From Escherichia coli (lineage in GTDB: Bacteria; Pseudomonadota; Gammaproteobacteria; Enterobacterales; Enterobacteriaceae), in NCBI RefSeq assembly GCF_003790525.1, contig NZ_CP033635.1: a stretch of DNA of 64,000 nt. One strand, 5' to 3'. Position numbers and translations under genes: made by a program. The notes below the pieces were generated by a model. The model was given only the letters and a program-made list of their open reading frames with translations. It did not search any database and was not told the origin of the DNA. Each line of letters starts with the position of its first letter. Position 1 is the first letter of the stretch. Shown here piece after piece: positions 33,383 through 44,614 of this stretch.

Positions 33383-35362
33383 ATGAATCGTTTTATTATG
33401 GCCAACAGTCAGCAATGTCTGGGTTGTCATGCTTGTGAAATCGCCTGTGTCATGGCTCACAATGACGAGCAACATGTCCTGAGCCAACGCCATTTTCATC
33501 CCCGAATTACGGTTATCAAACATCAGCAGCAACGTAGTGCAGTGACCTGTCACCATTGTGAAGATGCGCCCTGCGCCCGTAGCTGCCCTAATGGCGCAAT
33601 CAGCCACGTTGATGACAGCATTCAGGTCAATCAGCAAAAGTGTATTGGCTGTAAATCCTGCGTGGTGGCCTGTCCATTTGGTACGATGCAAATCGTCCTG
33701 ACACCCGTTGCGGCTGGCAAAGTTAAAGCCACGGCGCATAAATGCGACCTTTGTGCAGGGCGCGAAAACGGTCCTGCCTGTGTCGAAAATTGCCCGGCGG
33801 ACGCGCTGCAACTGGTCACTGACGCCGCACTCTCCGGCATGGCGAAATCCCGCCGCTTACGCACCGCACGTCAGGAACATCAACCGTGGCATGCCAGTAC
33901 CGCGGCACAAGAAATGCCGGTAATGAGTAAAGTCGAGCAAATGCAGGCAACGCCCGCGCGTGGCGAGCCGGACAAACTGGCGATTGAAGCGCGCAAAACC
34001 GGTTTTGATGAAATTTATCTGCCATTCCGTGCCGATCAGGCACAACGGGAAGCCTCGCGTTGCCTTAAGTGTGGCGAGCACAGCGTTTGTGAATGGACCT
34101 GCCCGCTGCATAACCATATACCGCAGTGGATTGAACTGGTGAAAGCAGGAAACATCGACGCCGCCGTCGAGCTTTCTCACCAGACCAACACCCTGCCGGA
34201 AATTACCGGACGCGTTTGCCCGCAAGACCGTTTGTGTGAAGGTGCCTGTACTATTCGCGATGAGCACGGCGCAGTAACTATCGGCAACATTGAACGCTAC
34301 ATTTCAGATCAGGCGTTGGCGAAAGGTTGGCGTCCTGACTTAAGTCATGTCACCAAAGTGGACAAGCGAGTGGCGATTATCGGTGCGGGTCCGGCAGGGC
34401 TGGCCTGTGCGGATGTTCTGACCCGCAATGGCGTAGAGGTGACGGTGTACGATCGCCATCCAGAAATCGGTGGCTTGCTCACTTTCGGCATTCCTTCTTT
34501 CAAACTGGATAAATCCCTGCTGGCACGCCGTCGGGAAATCTTCAGCGCGATGGGGATTCACTTCGAACTCAATTGTGAAGTGGGTAAAGATGTCTCTTTG
34601 GATTCGCTTTTGGAACAATACGACGCGGTCTTCGTTGGCGTAGGCACTTACCGTTCCATGAAAGCGGGTTTACCCAATGAAGATGCGCCGGGCGTTTATG
34701 ACGCCCTGCCGTTCCTCATCGCCAACACTAAACAGGTGATGGGACTCGAAGAGCTACCGGAAGAGCCGTTTATCAATACCGCCGGACTCAACGTCGTGGT
34801 ACTGGGCGGCGGCGACACCGCGATGGACTGTGTGCGTACCGCGCTGCGCCACGGCGCGAGTAACGTCACCTGCGCTTATCGTCGTGATGAAGCTAACATG
34901 CCAGGCTCGAAGAAAGAGGTGAAGAACGCCCGCGAAGAGGGGGCCAACTTTGAATTTAACGTCCAGCCGGTGGCGCTTGAGCTGAATGAGCAAGGTCACG
35001 TTTGCGGAATTCGTTTCCTGCGCACGCGTCTTGGCGAGCCGGATGCCCAGGGGCGTCGGCGTCCAGTGCCGGTGGAAGGCAGTGAATTTGTCATGCCAGC
35101 CGACGCGGTGATTATGGCGTTTGGCTTCAATCCGCACGGGATGCCGTGGCTGGAGTCGCACGGTGTAACGGTAGACAAATGGGGTCGCATCATCGCGGAT
35201 GTGGAAAGCCAGTACCGTTACCAGACCACCAATCCGAAAATCTTCGCTGGTGGTGACGCCGTGCGTGGTGCGGATCTGGTGGTTACCGCAATGGCAGAAG
35301 GACGTCATGCGGCACAGGGGATTATTGACTGGCTGGGGGTAAAATCAGTCAAATCTCACTGA
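33383..35362 (+). CDS. aegA: Putative oxidoreductase: N-terminal 4Fe-4S ferredoxin domain fused to a glutamate-synthase-small-subunit-like FAD/NAD(P) domain
   Basis: 659-aa ORF with multiple Cys clusters and a Rossmann motif (IIGAGPAGLA). Confidence 0.85.
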   Translation: MNRFIMANSQQCLGCHACEIACVMAHNDEQHVLSQRHFHPRITVIKHQQQRSAVTCHHCEDAPCARSCPNGAISHVDDSIQVNQQKCIGCKSCVVACPFGTMQIVLTPVAAGKVKATAHKCDLCAGRENGPACVENCPADALQLVTDAALSGMAKSRRLRTARQEHQPWHASTAAQEMPVMSKVEQMQATPARGEPDKLAIEARKTGFDEIYLPFRADQAQREASRCLKCGEHSVCEWTCPLHNHIPQWIELVKAGNIDAAVELSHQTNTLPEITGRVCPQDRLCEGACTIRDEHGAVTIGNIERYISDQALAKGWRPDLSHVTKVDKRVAIIGAGPAGLACADVLTRNGVEVTVYDRHPEIGGLLTFGIPSFKLDKSLLARRREIFSAMGIHFELNCEVGKDVSLDSLLEQYDAVFVGVGTYRSMKAGLPNEDAPGVYDALPFLIANTKQVMGLEELPEEPFINTAGLNVVVLGGGDTAMDCVRTALRHGASNVTCAYRRDEANMPGSKKEVKNAREEGANFEFNVQPVALELNEQGHVCGIRFLRTRLGEPDAQGRRRPVPVEGSEFVMPADAVIMAFGFNPHGMPWLESHGVTVDKWGRIIADVESQYRYQTTNPKIFAGGDAVRGADLVVTAMAEGRHAAQGIIDWLGVKSVKSH

Positions 35363-35429
35363 TAGCCTGCGCAGACAAACCCGACTTCACAGCGTAAGAT
35401 AATTGTTCATTTCGCGCTGTGGAGTCGGT

Positions 35430-36005
35430 ATGACGCAACAAATCACCCTCATTAAAGACAAAATTCTCTCCGATAACTATTTCACCCTGCACAACATTAC
35501 TTACGATCTCACGCGCAAAGATGGCGAAGTTATCCGTCATAAACGTGAAGTTTACGATCGCGGTAATGGTGCGACGATCCTCCTGTACAACGCGAAGAAA
35601 AAGACCGTGGTTCTGATTCGTCAGTTCCGTGTCGCTACCTGGGTTAATGGCAATGAAAGCGGGCAGCTGATTGAAACCTGCGCCGGGCTGCTGGATAACG
35701 ACGAACCGGAAGTGTGCATTCGCAAAGAAGCAATTGAAGAGACGGGCTATGAAGTGGGCGAAGTGCGCAAATTATTTGAACTGTATATGTCGCCTGGCGG
35801 TGTGACTGAGCTAATCCACTTTTTTATCGCCGAATACAGTGACAGCCAGCGCGCTAACGCCGGTGGTGGTGTCGAAGATGAAGATATTGAAGTGCTTGAG
35901 CTGCCGTTCAGCCAGGCGCTGGAGATGATTAAAACCGGCGAGATACGTGACGGTAAGACGGTGTTATTGCTTAACTATTTGCAAACGTCACATTTAATGG
36001 ACTGA
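35430..36005 (+). CDS. nudK: GDP-mannose pyrophosphatase (Nudix hydrolase)
   Basis: Track ORF 35403-36005; the ATG at 35430 ([13 protein letters not shown]) has a GGAG RBS; Nudix box ([21 protein letters not shown]). Confidence 0.85.
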   Translation: MTQQITLIKDKILSDNYFTLHNITYDLTRKDGEVIRHKREVYDRGNGATILLYNAKKKTVVLIRQFRVATWVNGNESGQLIETCAGLLDNDEPEVCIRKEAIEETGYEVGEVRKLFELYMSPGGVTELIHFFIAEYSDSQRANAGGGVEDEDIEVLELPFSQALEMIKTGEIRDGKTVLLLNYLQTSHLMD

Positions 36006-36130
36006 AAAATAACAATAATATTTCGTTGTTTATTATTGGCTCAATCCGACAAATCCGATTGAGCCGCGCTACCTGCGCAACGAAGATACGACTTGTGCTG
36101 TTTGTTTGAACTTCTGGGGTCGTACCGTCC

Positions 36131-37174
36131 ATGCGCTATCGCATTTTCCTTCTCTTTTTTTTCGCTTTGTTGCCGACGTCTTTGGTGTGGGCGGCACCAG
36201 CGCAACGGGCGTTTTCCGACTGGCAGGTCACCTGTAATAACCAAAACTTCTGCGTGGCGCGTAATACGGGCGATCATAACGGACTGGTGATGACCCTGAG
36301 CCGCAGCGCCGGGGCGCATACCGATGCCGTTTTACGTATTGAGCGCGGCGGGTTGAAGTCGCCGGATGCGTCTGAAGGGGAGATAGCGCCACGGCTGCTG
36401 TTAGATGGTGAGCCGTTGGCGTTAAGTGGTGACAAGTGGCGGATTTCACCATGGTTACTAGTAACCGATGATACGGCAACCATCACCGCGTTTTTGCAGC
36501 TGATTCAGGAAGGGAAGGCAATCACCTTACGCGATGGCAATCAGACCATTTCTCTGAATGGCTTAAAAGCGGCGTTGTTGTTTATTGATGCTCAGCAAAA
36601 GCGCGTTGGCAGTGAAACCGCGTGGATAAAGAAAGGGGACGAACCGCCGCTCAGCGTACCGCCCGCGCCTGCGCTGAAAGAGGTCGCGGTGGTTAACCCA
36701 ACGCCGACGCCACTCTCACTCGAAGAACGCAACGATTTGCTGGATTATGGAAACTGGCGGATGAATGGTCTGCGCTGCTCGCTTGATCCGTTACGTCGTG
36801 AGGTGAATGTCACTGCGCTGACCGATGATAAAGCACTGATGATGATTAGCTGTGAGGCAGGGGCCTATAACACCATTGATTTGGCATGGATTGTGTCGCG
36901 TAAAAAGCCGCTAGCCTCGCGCCCGGTTCGGTTGCGTTTGCCGTTCAACAACGGTCAGGAGACGAATGAACTGGAACTGATGAACGCAACATTTGATGAG
37001 AAATCGCGTGAACTGGTGACCTTAGCGAAAGGGCGCGGATTAAGCGATTGTGGCATTCAGGCGCGCTGGCGCTTTGACGGTCAGCGTTTTCGCCTGGTGC
37101 GTTACGCCGCAGAACCCACCTGCGATAACTGGCATGGGCCAGACGCCTGGCCCACGTTGTGGATCACCCGTTAA
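36131..37174 (+). CDS. ypfG: Periplasmic DUF1176-family protein
   Basis: 347-aa ORF with signal peptide (MRYRIFLLFFFALLPTSLVWA); synteny. Confidence 0.8.
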   Translation: MRYRIFLLFFFALLPTSLVWAAPAQRAFSDWQVTCNNQNFCVARNTGDHNGLVMTLSRSAGAHTDAVLRIERGGLKSPDASEGEIAPRLLLDGEPLALSGDKWRISPWLLVTDDTATITAFLQLIQEGKAITLRDGNQTISLNGLKAALLFIDAQQKRVGSETAWIKKGDEPPLSVPPAPALKEVAVVNPTPTPLSLEERNDLLDYGNWRMNGLRCSLDPLRREVNVTALTDDKALMMISCEAGAYNTIDLAWIVSRKKPLASRPVRLRLPFNNGQETNELELMNATFDEKSRELVTLAKGRGLSDCGIQARWRFDGQRFRLVRYAAEPTCDNWHGPDAWPTLWITR

Positions 37175-37217
37175 ACAAAATCCCAGATGCGCCCCTAAAA
37201 AGCGCACAGACTGTCTC

Positions 37218-37255
37218 CTCGCCCCTCTGGGGAGAGGGTTAGGGTTAGGGGAACA
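37218..37255. repeat. G-rich 38-bp intergenic repeat, copy 1 (CTCGCCCCTCTGGGGAGAGGGTTAGGGTTAGGGGAACA)
   Basis: Near-identical (36/38) to a second copy at 50611-50648; contains the CCCTCT-GGGG-AGAGGG hairpin; sits between ypfG and the tktB 3' end. Confidence 0.6.
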
Positions 37256-37276
37256 TACAGCATCCGGCGATCACCA

Positions 37277-39280
37277 TCAGGCACCTTTCACTCCCAGCAC
37301 CTTATGCGCTTTTGCCACAATATTCTCGGCGGTAAAGCCAAAGAACGGGAACAGCTTATCCGCCGGAGCAGATTCCCCGTAACCCGTCATCCCGACAATT
37401 GCCCCTTTCAGACCAACATACTTGTACCAGTAATCGGCGATGCCTGCTTCCACCGCTACGCGAGCCGCAACGTTAGAAGGCAACACCGACTCCCGATATT
37501 CCTCATCCTGGGCGTCGAAAATATCGGTCGAGGGCAGGGAAACTACGCGTACATTGCGACCTTCTCCCGCTAATTTCTCTGCCGCTTGCAGGGTGATTTC
37601 CATCTCTGAACCGGTGGCAATCAAAATAATATCTGGCTTACCGCCGCTGTCTTTCAACACATAACCACCACGAGCAATCTCTTTAACCTGATCCGGCGTA
37701 CGTTCCACCTGGGCCAGATTCTGCCTGGAGAGGATCAGTGCCGTCGGTCCGTTGTGGCGCTCAACCGCCAGCTTCCAGCCCACCGCTGCTTCCACCTGAT
37801 CGCACGGTCGCCAGGTGCTGAAATTTGGCGTTAAGCGCAGACTGGCCAGTTGCTCAACAGCCTGGTGCGTAGGACCATCTTCGCCCAGGCCAATTGAGTC
37901 GTGGGTATAAACCATAATCTGCCGCGCTTTCATCAGTGCCGCCATCCGCGCGGCGTTACGGGCGTATTCAACAAACATCAGGAACGTCGCGGTATACGGC
38001 ACAAAGCCGCCGTGGTGCGCAATGCCGTTGGCGATAGCGGTCATGCCAAATTCACGCACCCCGTAGTGAATGTAGTTGCCCGCCGGATCTTCCTTCAGCG
38101 AAACAGAACCTTTCCAGATGGTCAGGTTGCTGGGAGCCAGATCCGCCGAACCGCCGAGCAGCTCCGGTAGCATAGGCCCGTAAGCGTTAAGCGTATTTTG
38201 CGAAGCCTTACGGGTAGCGATTTTCGCCGGATTCGCCTGCAACTCATTGATATATTTCTGAGTCGTTTTCTCCCAGTCCTTCGGTAAACCACCGCTCATC
38301 CGACGGGTAAACTCTTCTGCCAGTTGCGGATGAGCCTTTTTATAGGCGGCAAACTTCTCATTCCAGCTCTGCTGCGCTTTTTCGCCTTTTTCGCGGGCAT
38401 CCCAGGCGTGATAAATCTCTTTAGGGATCTCAAATGGCGGATGGTGCCAGCCCAGTTTTTGCCGTGCCAGCGCCACTTCTTCTTCCCCCAGTGGTGCGCC
38501 GTGCGCCTCTTCCTTACCTGCTTTATTCGGCGAACCAAAGCCAATCACCGTACGGCAGATAATCAGCGACGGCTTATCTTTCACGCTTTGCGCTTCAAGG
38601 ATCGCTTCCTTCACCGCCTGCGGATCGTGGCCGTCGATCTCGTGGATCACATGCCAGTGATAGGCTTCAAAACGTTTTGCTGTATCGTCGGTAAACCAGC
38701 CTTCGGTTTCACCGTCGATGGAAATACCGTTGTGATCGTAAAAACCAATCAGCTTGCCCAGTCCCAGCGTGCCCGCCAGCGAACAGACTTCGTGGGAAAT
38801 ACCTTCCATCAGGCAGCCGTCGCCCATAAACACATAGGTGAAGTGATCGACAATTTCATGATCTGGCTGGTTAAACTGCGCCGCCAGCGTACGCTCTGCT
38901 ATCGCCAGCCCGACGGCGTTCGCCAAACCTTGTCCAAGTGGACCGGTGGTGGTTTCAACACCAGGCGTATAGCCGATTTCCGGGTGACCAGGGGTTTTCG
39001 AATGCAACTGACGAAAGTTCTTCAGTTCTTCCAGCGGCAGGTCGTAACCGGTCAGATGCAGCAAACTGTAGAGCAGCATCGACGCGTGACCGTTGGAAAG
39101 AATAAAGCGGTCGCGATCATACCAGGTTGGGTCGGTAGGATTATGTTTAAGAAAATCGTTCCACAGCACTTCGGCAATATCAGCCATGCCCATCGGCGCG
39201 CCGGGATGACCAGAATTGGCTTTTTGTACCGCATCCATACTGAGTGCGCGAATCGCATTGGCAAGGTCTTTTCGGGACAT
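37277..39280 (-). CDS. tktB: Transketolase 2
   Basis: Track ORF 37277-39343; the ATG at 39280 ([31 protein letters not shown]) has a GGAGTG RBS; 667 aa. Confidence 0.95.
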   Translation of the reverse strand: MSRKDLANAIRALSMDAVQKANSGHPGAPMGMADIAEVLWNDFLKHNPTDPTWYDRDRFILSNGHASMLLYSLLHLTGYDLPLEELKNFRQLHSKTPGHPEIGYTPGVETTTGPLGQGLANAVGLAIAERTLAAQFNQPDHEIVDHFTYVFMGDGCLMEGISHEVCSLAGTLGLGKLIGFYDHNGISIDGETEGWFTDDTAKRFEAYHWHVIHEIDGHDPQAVKEAILEAQSVKDKPSLIICRTVIGFGSPNKAGKEEAHGAPLGEEEVALARQKLGWHHPPFEIPKEIYHAWDAREKGEKAQQSWNEKFAAYKKAHPQLAEEFTRRMSGGLPKDWEKTTQKYINELQANPAKIATRKASQNTLNAYGPMLPELLGGSADLAPSNLTIWKGSVSLKEDPAGNYIHYGVREFGMTAIANGIAHHGGFVPYTATFLMFVEYARNAARMAALMKARQIMVYTHDSIGLGEDGPTHQAVEQLASLRLTPNFSTWRPCDQVEAAVGWKLAVERHNGPTALILSRQNLAQVERTPDQVKEIARGGYVLKDSGGKPDIILIATGSEMEITLQAAEKLAGEGRNVRVVSLPSTDIFDAQDEEYRESVLPSNVAARVAVEAGIADYWYKYVGLKGAIVGMTGYGESAPADKLFPFFGFTAENIVAKAHKVLGVKGA

Positions 39281-39299
39281 ATAACACTCCGTGGCTGGT

Positions 39300-40250
39300 T
39301 TATAGTTTGGCGGCAAGAAGATCTTCCAGTTTGCGTTGATCAACGGCGAACAGACGAATGCCTTCAGACAGTTTTTCTACCGCCATCGCATCCTGATTGT
39401 GCTCCCAACGGAACTCCGCTTCGCTCATGGGAGCTGGGCGTGGGAACGTCTGAGAAGGTGGGATTAATTTACGTACCACTGGCGAAACTTTTTCCTGCAG
39501 CTCCTTTAGCAAATTCGGTGCGATAGTCAGTCGATCGCAGCCGGTTAAGGCGAGGATTTGTTCGGTGCGACGGAAACTCGCGCCCATCACAATGGTTTCA
39601 TAGTGGTGTTGCTTATAGTAGTCGTAGATATTGCGTACTGATTTAACGCCTGGATCTTCTTCCACCACATACGGGTCCATCGGCTTGCGTGCCTGATACC
39701 AGTCATAAATACGCCCGACAAACGGCGAAATCAGAAATACGCCTGCTTCTGCACAGGCCCGCGCCTGTGCAAAAGAAAACAGCAGCGTCAGGTTGCAGTT
39801 AATACCTTCTTTTTCCAGCTCTTCTGCCGCGCGAATTCCTTCCCAGGTTGAAGCCAGCTTGATCAAAATGCGTGATTTCTCAACGCCTTGTTGCTGATAC
39901 AAGTCCACCAGATGGCGGGCCTTTTCAATACTCTTTTCTTTATCAAAAGAGAGGCGTGCATCAACTTCTGTTGACACGCGACCGGGTACGATTTTGAGAA
40001 TTTCAGCACCGAAATTGACCGCCAGTTTGTCACACGCTGCGACCACCTGTTGTTCCTGGGTTTTGCCATTTTTTTTACCCCAGGCGATAGCATCGTCTAT
40101 TAAATGCTCATATTGTGATAATCCGGCAGCCTTGAGTAACAGCGAAGGATTGGTGGTGGCATCCTGGGGATGATAATGGCGAATGGACTCAATATCGCCG
40201 CTGTCTGCCACGACAGTGGTGAACTGTTTGATGCCGTCTAACTCGTTCAT
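39300..40250 (-). CDS. talA: Transaldolase A
   Basis: 316-aa ORF; talA-tktB operon arrangement. Confidence 0.95.
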   Translation of the reverse strand: MNELDGIKQFTTVVADSGDIESIRHYHPQDATTNPSLLLKAAGLSQYEHLIDDAIAWGKKNGKTQEQQVVAACDKLAVNFGAEILKIVPGRVSTEVDARLSFDKEKSIEKARHLVDLYQQQGVEKSRILIKLASTWEGIRAAEELEKEGINCNLTLLFSFAQARACAEAGVFLISPFVGRIYDWYQARKPMDPYVVEEDPGVKSVRNIYDYYKQHHYETIVMGASFRRTEQILALTGCDRLTIAPNLLKELQEKVSPVVRKLIPPSQTFPRPAPMSEAEFRWEHNQDAMAVEKLSEGIRLFAVDQRKLEDLLAAKL

Positions 40251-40538
40251 AGGAAATACTCCTTGAAAAGTAAAGTGTTAGATGAGTGCGTTAATTCACA
40301 CTTCTGAGAAATTTCGCTAAACGCATCAAAAAAGCATAGCAGACAGGCATGGTATTGCTGGATTAAGCAGGTAACATCAGTGTTATAGGATTATTACCAA
40401 AACATTATATTAATGGTGAGAGTTTGGACTTGCTCAAAGTCTGTAGACTCCGGCAAGGTAATAATGTGCGCCACGTTGTGGGCAGGGGCTGTTGCCCACA
40501 CACTTTATTTGTGAACGTTACGTGAAAGGAACAACCAA

Positions 40539-42818
40539 ATGGATGACCAGTTAAAACAAAGTGCACTTGATTTCCATGAATTTCCAGTTCCAGGGAAAAT
40601 CCAGGTTTCTCCAACCAAGCCTCTGGCAACGCAGCGCGATCTGGCGCTGGCCTACTCACCAGGCGTTGCCGCACCTTGTCTTGAAATCGAAAAAGACCCG
40701 TTAAAAGCCTACAAATATACCGCGCGTGGTAACCTGGTGGCGGTGATCTCTAACGGTACGGCGGTGCTGGGGTTAGGCAACATTGGCGCGCTGGCAGGCA
40801 AACCGGTGATGGAAGGCAAGGGCGTTCTGTTTAAGAAATTCGCCGGGATTGATGTATTTGACATTGAAGTTGATGAACTCGACCCGGACAAATTTATTGA
40901 AGTCGTCGCCGCGCTTGAACCGACCTTCGGCGGCATCAACCTCGAAGACATTAAAGCGCCAGAATGTTTCTATATTGAACAGAAACTGCGCGAGCGGATG
41001 AATATTCCAGTATTCCACGACGATCAGCACGGCACGGCAATTATCAGCACTGCCGCCATCCTCAACGGATTGCGCGTGGTGGAGAAAAACATCTCCGACG
41101 TGCGGATGGTGGTTTCCGGCGCGGGTGCAGCAGCAATTGCCTGTATGAACCTGCTGGTGGCGCTGGGGCTGCAAAAACATAACATCGTGGTTTGTGATTC
41201 AAAAGGCGTTATCTATCAGGGCCGTGAGCCAAATATGGCGGAAACCAAAGCCGCATATGCGGTGGTGGATGACGGCAAACGTACCCTCGATGATGTGATT
41301 GAAGGTGCGGATATTTTCCTCGGCTGTTCCGGCCCGAAAGTGCTGACCCAGGAAATGGTGAAGAAAATGGCTCGGGCACCAATGATCCTGGCGCTGGCGA
41401 ATCCGGAACCGGAAATTCTGCCGCCGCTGGCGAAAGAAGTGCGTCCGGATGCCATCATCTGTACCGGCCGTTCCGACTACCCGAACCAGGTGAACAACGT
41501 CCTTTGCTTCCCGTTTATCTTCCGTGGCGCGCTGGACGTTGGCGCAACCGCCATCAACGAAGAGATGAAACTGGCGGCAGTACGCGCGATTGCAGAACTG
41601 GCCCATGCGGAACAGAGTGAAGTGGTGGCTTCAGCGTATGGCGATCAGGATCTGAGCTTTGGTCCGGAATACATCATTCCAAAACCGTTTGATCCGCGCT
41701 TGATCGTTAAGATCGCTCCTGCGGTGGCGAAAGCGGCGATGGAGTCGGGCGTGGCGACGCGTCCGATTGCTGATTTCGACGTCTACATCGACAAGCTGAC
41801 GGAGTTCGTTTACAAAACCAACCTGTTTATGAAGCCGATTTTCTCCCAGGCTCGCAAAGCGCCGAAGCGCGTAGTTCTGCCGGAAGGGGAAGAGGCGCGC
41901 GTTCTGCATGCCACTCAGGAATTGGTAACGCTGGGACTGGCGAAACCGATTCTTATTGGTCGTCCGAACGTGATCGAAATGCGCATTCAGAAACTGGGCT
42001 TGCAGATCAAGGCGGGCGTTGATTTTGAGATCGTCAATAACGAATCCGATCCGCGCTTTAAAGAGTACTGGACCGAATACTTCCAGATCATGAAGCGTCG
42101 CGGTGTCACTCAGGAGCAGGCGCAGCGTGCGCTGATCAGTAACCCGACAGTGATCGGCGCGATCATGGTTCAGCGTGGCGAAGCCGATGCAATGATTTGC
42201 GGTACGGTGGGCGATTATCATGAACACTTTAGCGTGGTGAAAAATGTCTTTGGTTATCGCGATGGCGTTCACACCGCAGGTGCCATGAACGCGCTGCTGT
42301 TGCCGAGTGGTAACACCTTTATTGCCGATACCTACGTCAATGATGAGCCTGATGCAGAAGAGCTGGCGGAGATCACCTTGATGGCGGCAGAAACTGTTCG
42401 TCGTTTTGGTATTGAACCGCGTGTGGCTCTGTTGTCGCACTCCAACTTTGGTTCTTCTGACTGCCCGTCGTCGAGCAAAATGCGTCAGGCGCTGGAACTG
42501 GTCAGGGAACGTGCGCCAGAACTGATGATTGATGGTGAAATGCACGGCGATGCAGCGCTGGTGGAAGCGATTCGCAACGACCGTATGCCGGACAGCCCTT
42601 TGAAAGGTTCCGCTAATATTCTGGTGATGCCGAACATGGAAGCTGCCCGCATTAGTTACAACTTACTGCGCGTTTCCAGCTCGGAAGGTGTGACTGTCGG
42701 TCCGGTGCTGATGGGCGTGGCGAAGCCGGTTCACGTGTTAACGCCGATCGCATCGGTACGTCGTATCGTCAACATGGTGGCGCTGGCCGTGGTTGAAGCG
42801 CAAACCCAACCGCTGTAA
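40539..42818 (+). CDS. maeB: NADP-dependent malic enzyme (malic enzyme domain plus PTA-like C-terminal domain)
   Basis: 759-aa ORF; divergent from talA. Confidence 0.95.
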   Translation: MDDQLKQSALDFHEFPVPGKIQVSPTKPLATQRDLALAYSPGVAAPCLEIEKDPLKAYKYTARGNLVAVISNGTAVLGLGNIGALAGKPVMEGKGVLFKKFAGIDVFDIEVDELDPDKFIEVVAALEPTFGGINLEDIKAPECFYIEQKLRERMNIPVFHDDQHGTAIISTAAILNGLRVVEKNISDVRMVVSGAGAAAIACMNLLVALGLQKHNIVVCDSKGVIYQGREPNMAETKAAYAVVDDGKRTLDDVIEGADIFLGCSGPKVLTQEMVKKMARAPMILALANPEPEILPPLAKEVRPDAIICTGRSDYPNQVNNVLCFPFIFRGALDVGATAINEEMKLAAVRAIAELAHAEQSEVVASAYGDQDLSFGPEYIIPKPFDPRLIVKIAPAVAKAAMESGVATRPIADFDVYIDKLTEFVYKTNLFMKPIFSQARKAPKRVVLPEGEEARVLHATQELVTLGLAKPILIGRPNVIEMRIQKLGLQIKAGVDFEIVNNESDPRFKEYWTEYFQIMKRRGVTQEQAQRALISNPTVIGAIMVQRGEADAMICGTVGDYHEHFSVVKNVFGYRDGVHTAGAMNALLLPSGNTFIADTYVNDEPDAEELAEITLMAAETVRRFGIEPRVALLSHSNFGSSDCPSSSKMRQALELVRERAPELMIDGEMHGDAALVEAIRNDRMPDSPLKGSANILVMPNMEAARISYNLLRVSSSEGVTVGPVLMGVAKPVHVLTPIASVRRIVNMVALAVVEAQTQPL

Positions 42819-42835
42819 TTCTTTTTTAACTCTCA

Positions 42836-42863
42836 CGCTTACCCTGAATATTCAGGGTAAGCG
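42836..42863 (+). terminator. Perfect palindrome after maeB, putative terminator
   Basis: cgcttaccctgaatattcagggtaagcg (stem of about 12 bp) followed by a weak U-tract (GTTTAG). Confidence 0.45.
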
Positions 42864-43110
42864 GTTTAGCTGCAATATATTAGTAAAGTTTATTACTGAG
42901 TTTGCGAATAATAAAAAAAACAGTATATAAAATATCTCGATATTATTTTATTTATATTCATGCGTTGCATATGAAAGTTTATGCACCACAGCAAATATCT
43001 CTCCATTCTTAGTGATCTACCTCACCTTTTAAACGCGCTTGCCGAATTTTGTTATTTACTCTGACGAAATATTGTCACGATACACGAAAGTTTTTCACAG
43101 GCGGCGACTC

Positions 43111-43446
43111 ATGGATAAAGAACGCATCATTCAGGAATTTGTGCCCGGTAAACAGGTCACACTGGCGCATCTCATCGCGCATCCCGGCGAGGAACTGGCG
43201 AAGAAAATCGGCGTTCCGGATGCGGGCGCAATTGGCATTATGACGCTAACTCCCGGAGAAACGGCGATGATCGCCGGTGATTTAGCGCTGAAAGCTGCCG
43301 ATGTGCATATCGGTTTTCTCGACCGTTTTAGCGGCGCGCTGGTGATTTATGGCTCGGTGGGTGCAGTAGAAGAAGCGTTATCACAAACCGTCAGTGGTTT
43401 AGGTCGCTTATTAAATTATACGCTTTGTGAAATGACCAAAAGTTAA
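43111..43446 (+). CDS. eutS: Ethanolamine-utilisation microcompartment shell protein (BMC domain)
   Basis: Track ORF 43039-43446; the ATG at 43111 ([32 protein letters not shown]) gives 111 aa. Confidence 0.85.
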
Positions 43447-43458
43447 TACGAGGCATTC

Positions 43459-43938
43459 ATGAAACGAATTGCGTTTGTGGGTACCGTCGGGGCAGGAAAA
43501 ACAACGTTATTTAATGCGTTGCAGGGGAATTATACCCTCGCCAGAAAAACACAGGCCGTGGAATTTAATGATAAGGGCGATATTGATACGCCGGGTGAAT
43601 ATTTTAGCCATCCCCGCTGGTATCACGCCTTAATTACCACGCTACAGGATGTGGACATGCTGATCTATGTCCACGGCGCGAATGACCCGGAAAGTCGGTT
43701 GCCTGCCGGGTTGCTGGATATTGGCGTCAGCAAACGGCAAATCGCCGTCATCAGTAAAACGGACATGCCAGATGCTGACGTCGCCGCAACGCGAAAGTTA
43801 TTGCTTGAGACGGGCTTCGAAGAGCCGATTTTCGAGCTAAACAGCCACGACCCGCAAAGCGTGCAGCAACTGGTGGATTATCTGGCATCTCTCACCAAAC
43901 AGGAGGAAGCAGGTGAAAAAACTCATCACAGCGAATGA
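43459..43938 (+). CDS. eutP: Ethanolamine-utilisation P-loop protein (acetate kinase-like)
   Basis: 159-aa ORF with Walker A GTVGAGKTT. Confidence 0.9.
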   Translation: MKRIAFVGTVGAGKTTLFNALQGNYTLARKTQAVEFNDKGDIDTPGEYFSHPRWYHALITTLQDVDMLIYVHGANDPESRLPAGLLDIGVSKRQIAVISKTDMPDADVAATRKLLLETGFEEPIFELNSHDPQSVQQLVDYLASLTKQEEAGEKTHHSE

Positions 43939-44614
43939 TATTCGTGAAGCACACGCGCGCGGCGAACTGGCAATGTCCGTGGTTCTGCGCGCCAGCATTA
44001 TTACCCCGGAAGCTCGTGAAGTGGCTGATCTGTTGGGTTTTACCATCACCGAATGTGATGAATCGACTGCGGTAACGACGTCCGTTCCCGCCAGCGTGCC
44101 AGCCGATAAAACCGAAAGCCAGCGCATCCGCGAAACCATCATCGCCCAGCTACCGGAAGGCCAGTTTACCGAAAGCCTGGTCGCGCAGCTGATGGAAAAA
44201 GTGATGAAGGAAAAACAGTCACTGGAGCAGGGTGCAATGCAGCCGAGTTTCAAATCGGTGACCGGCAAAGGCGGCATCAAAGTGATTGATGGCAGCAGCG
44301 TCAAGTTTGGTCGTTTCGATGGCGCGGAACCGCACTGCGTAGGCTTGACTGATCTCGTGACCGGAGACGACGGCAGCAGTATGGCCGCTGGTTTCATGCA
44401 GTGGGAGAACGCCTTCTTTCCGTGGACCCTGAACTACGACGAAATCGACATGGTGCTGGAAGGGGAACTGCATGTTCGCCACGAAGGCGAAACTATGATC
44501 GCCAAAGCGGGCGATGTGATGTTTATCCCGAAAGGCTCCAGTATCGAATTTGGTACGACATCCAGCGTGAAATTCCTGTATGTCGCCTGGCCGGCTAACT
44601 GGCAATCCCTATGA
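43913..44614 (+). CDS. eutQ: Ethanolamine-utilisation cupin-domain protein
   Basis: 233-aa ORF; overlaps the eutP 3' end by 26 nt. Confidence 0.9.
   Translation: MKKLITANDIREAHARGELAMSVVLRASIITPEAREVADLLGFTITECDESTAVTTSVPASVPADKTESQRIRETIIAQLPEGQFTESLVAQLMEKVMKEKQSLEQGAMQPSFKSVTGKGGIKVIDGSSVKFGRFDGAEPHCVGLTDLVTGDDGSSMAAGFMQWENAFFPWTLNYDEIDMVLEGELHVRHEGETMIAKAGDVMFIPKGSSIEFGTTSSVKFLYVAWPANWQSL

Noticed and set aside
38324-39526. 400-aa plus-strand ORF antisense to tktB and the talA 3' end
   Set aside because: It overlaps two well-supported genes on the other strand (transketolase, transaldolase). The translation is low-complexity and Arg/Gln/His-rich, typical of antisense frames.
40405-40674. 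89-aa minus-strand ORF spanning the talA-maeB promoter region and the maeB start
   Set aside because: Overlaps the maeB start antisense and lies in the divergent promoter region; no RBS; likely spurious.
41631-42545. 304-aa minus-strand ORF inside maeB
   Set aside because: Antisense to the maeB PTA-like domain; no independent support.
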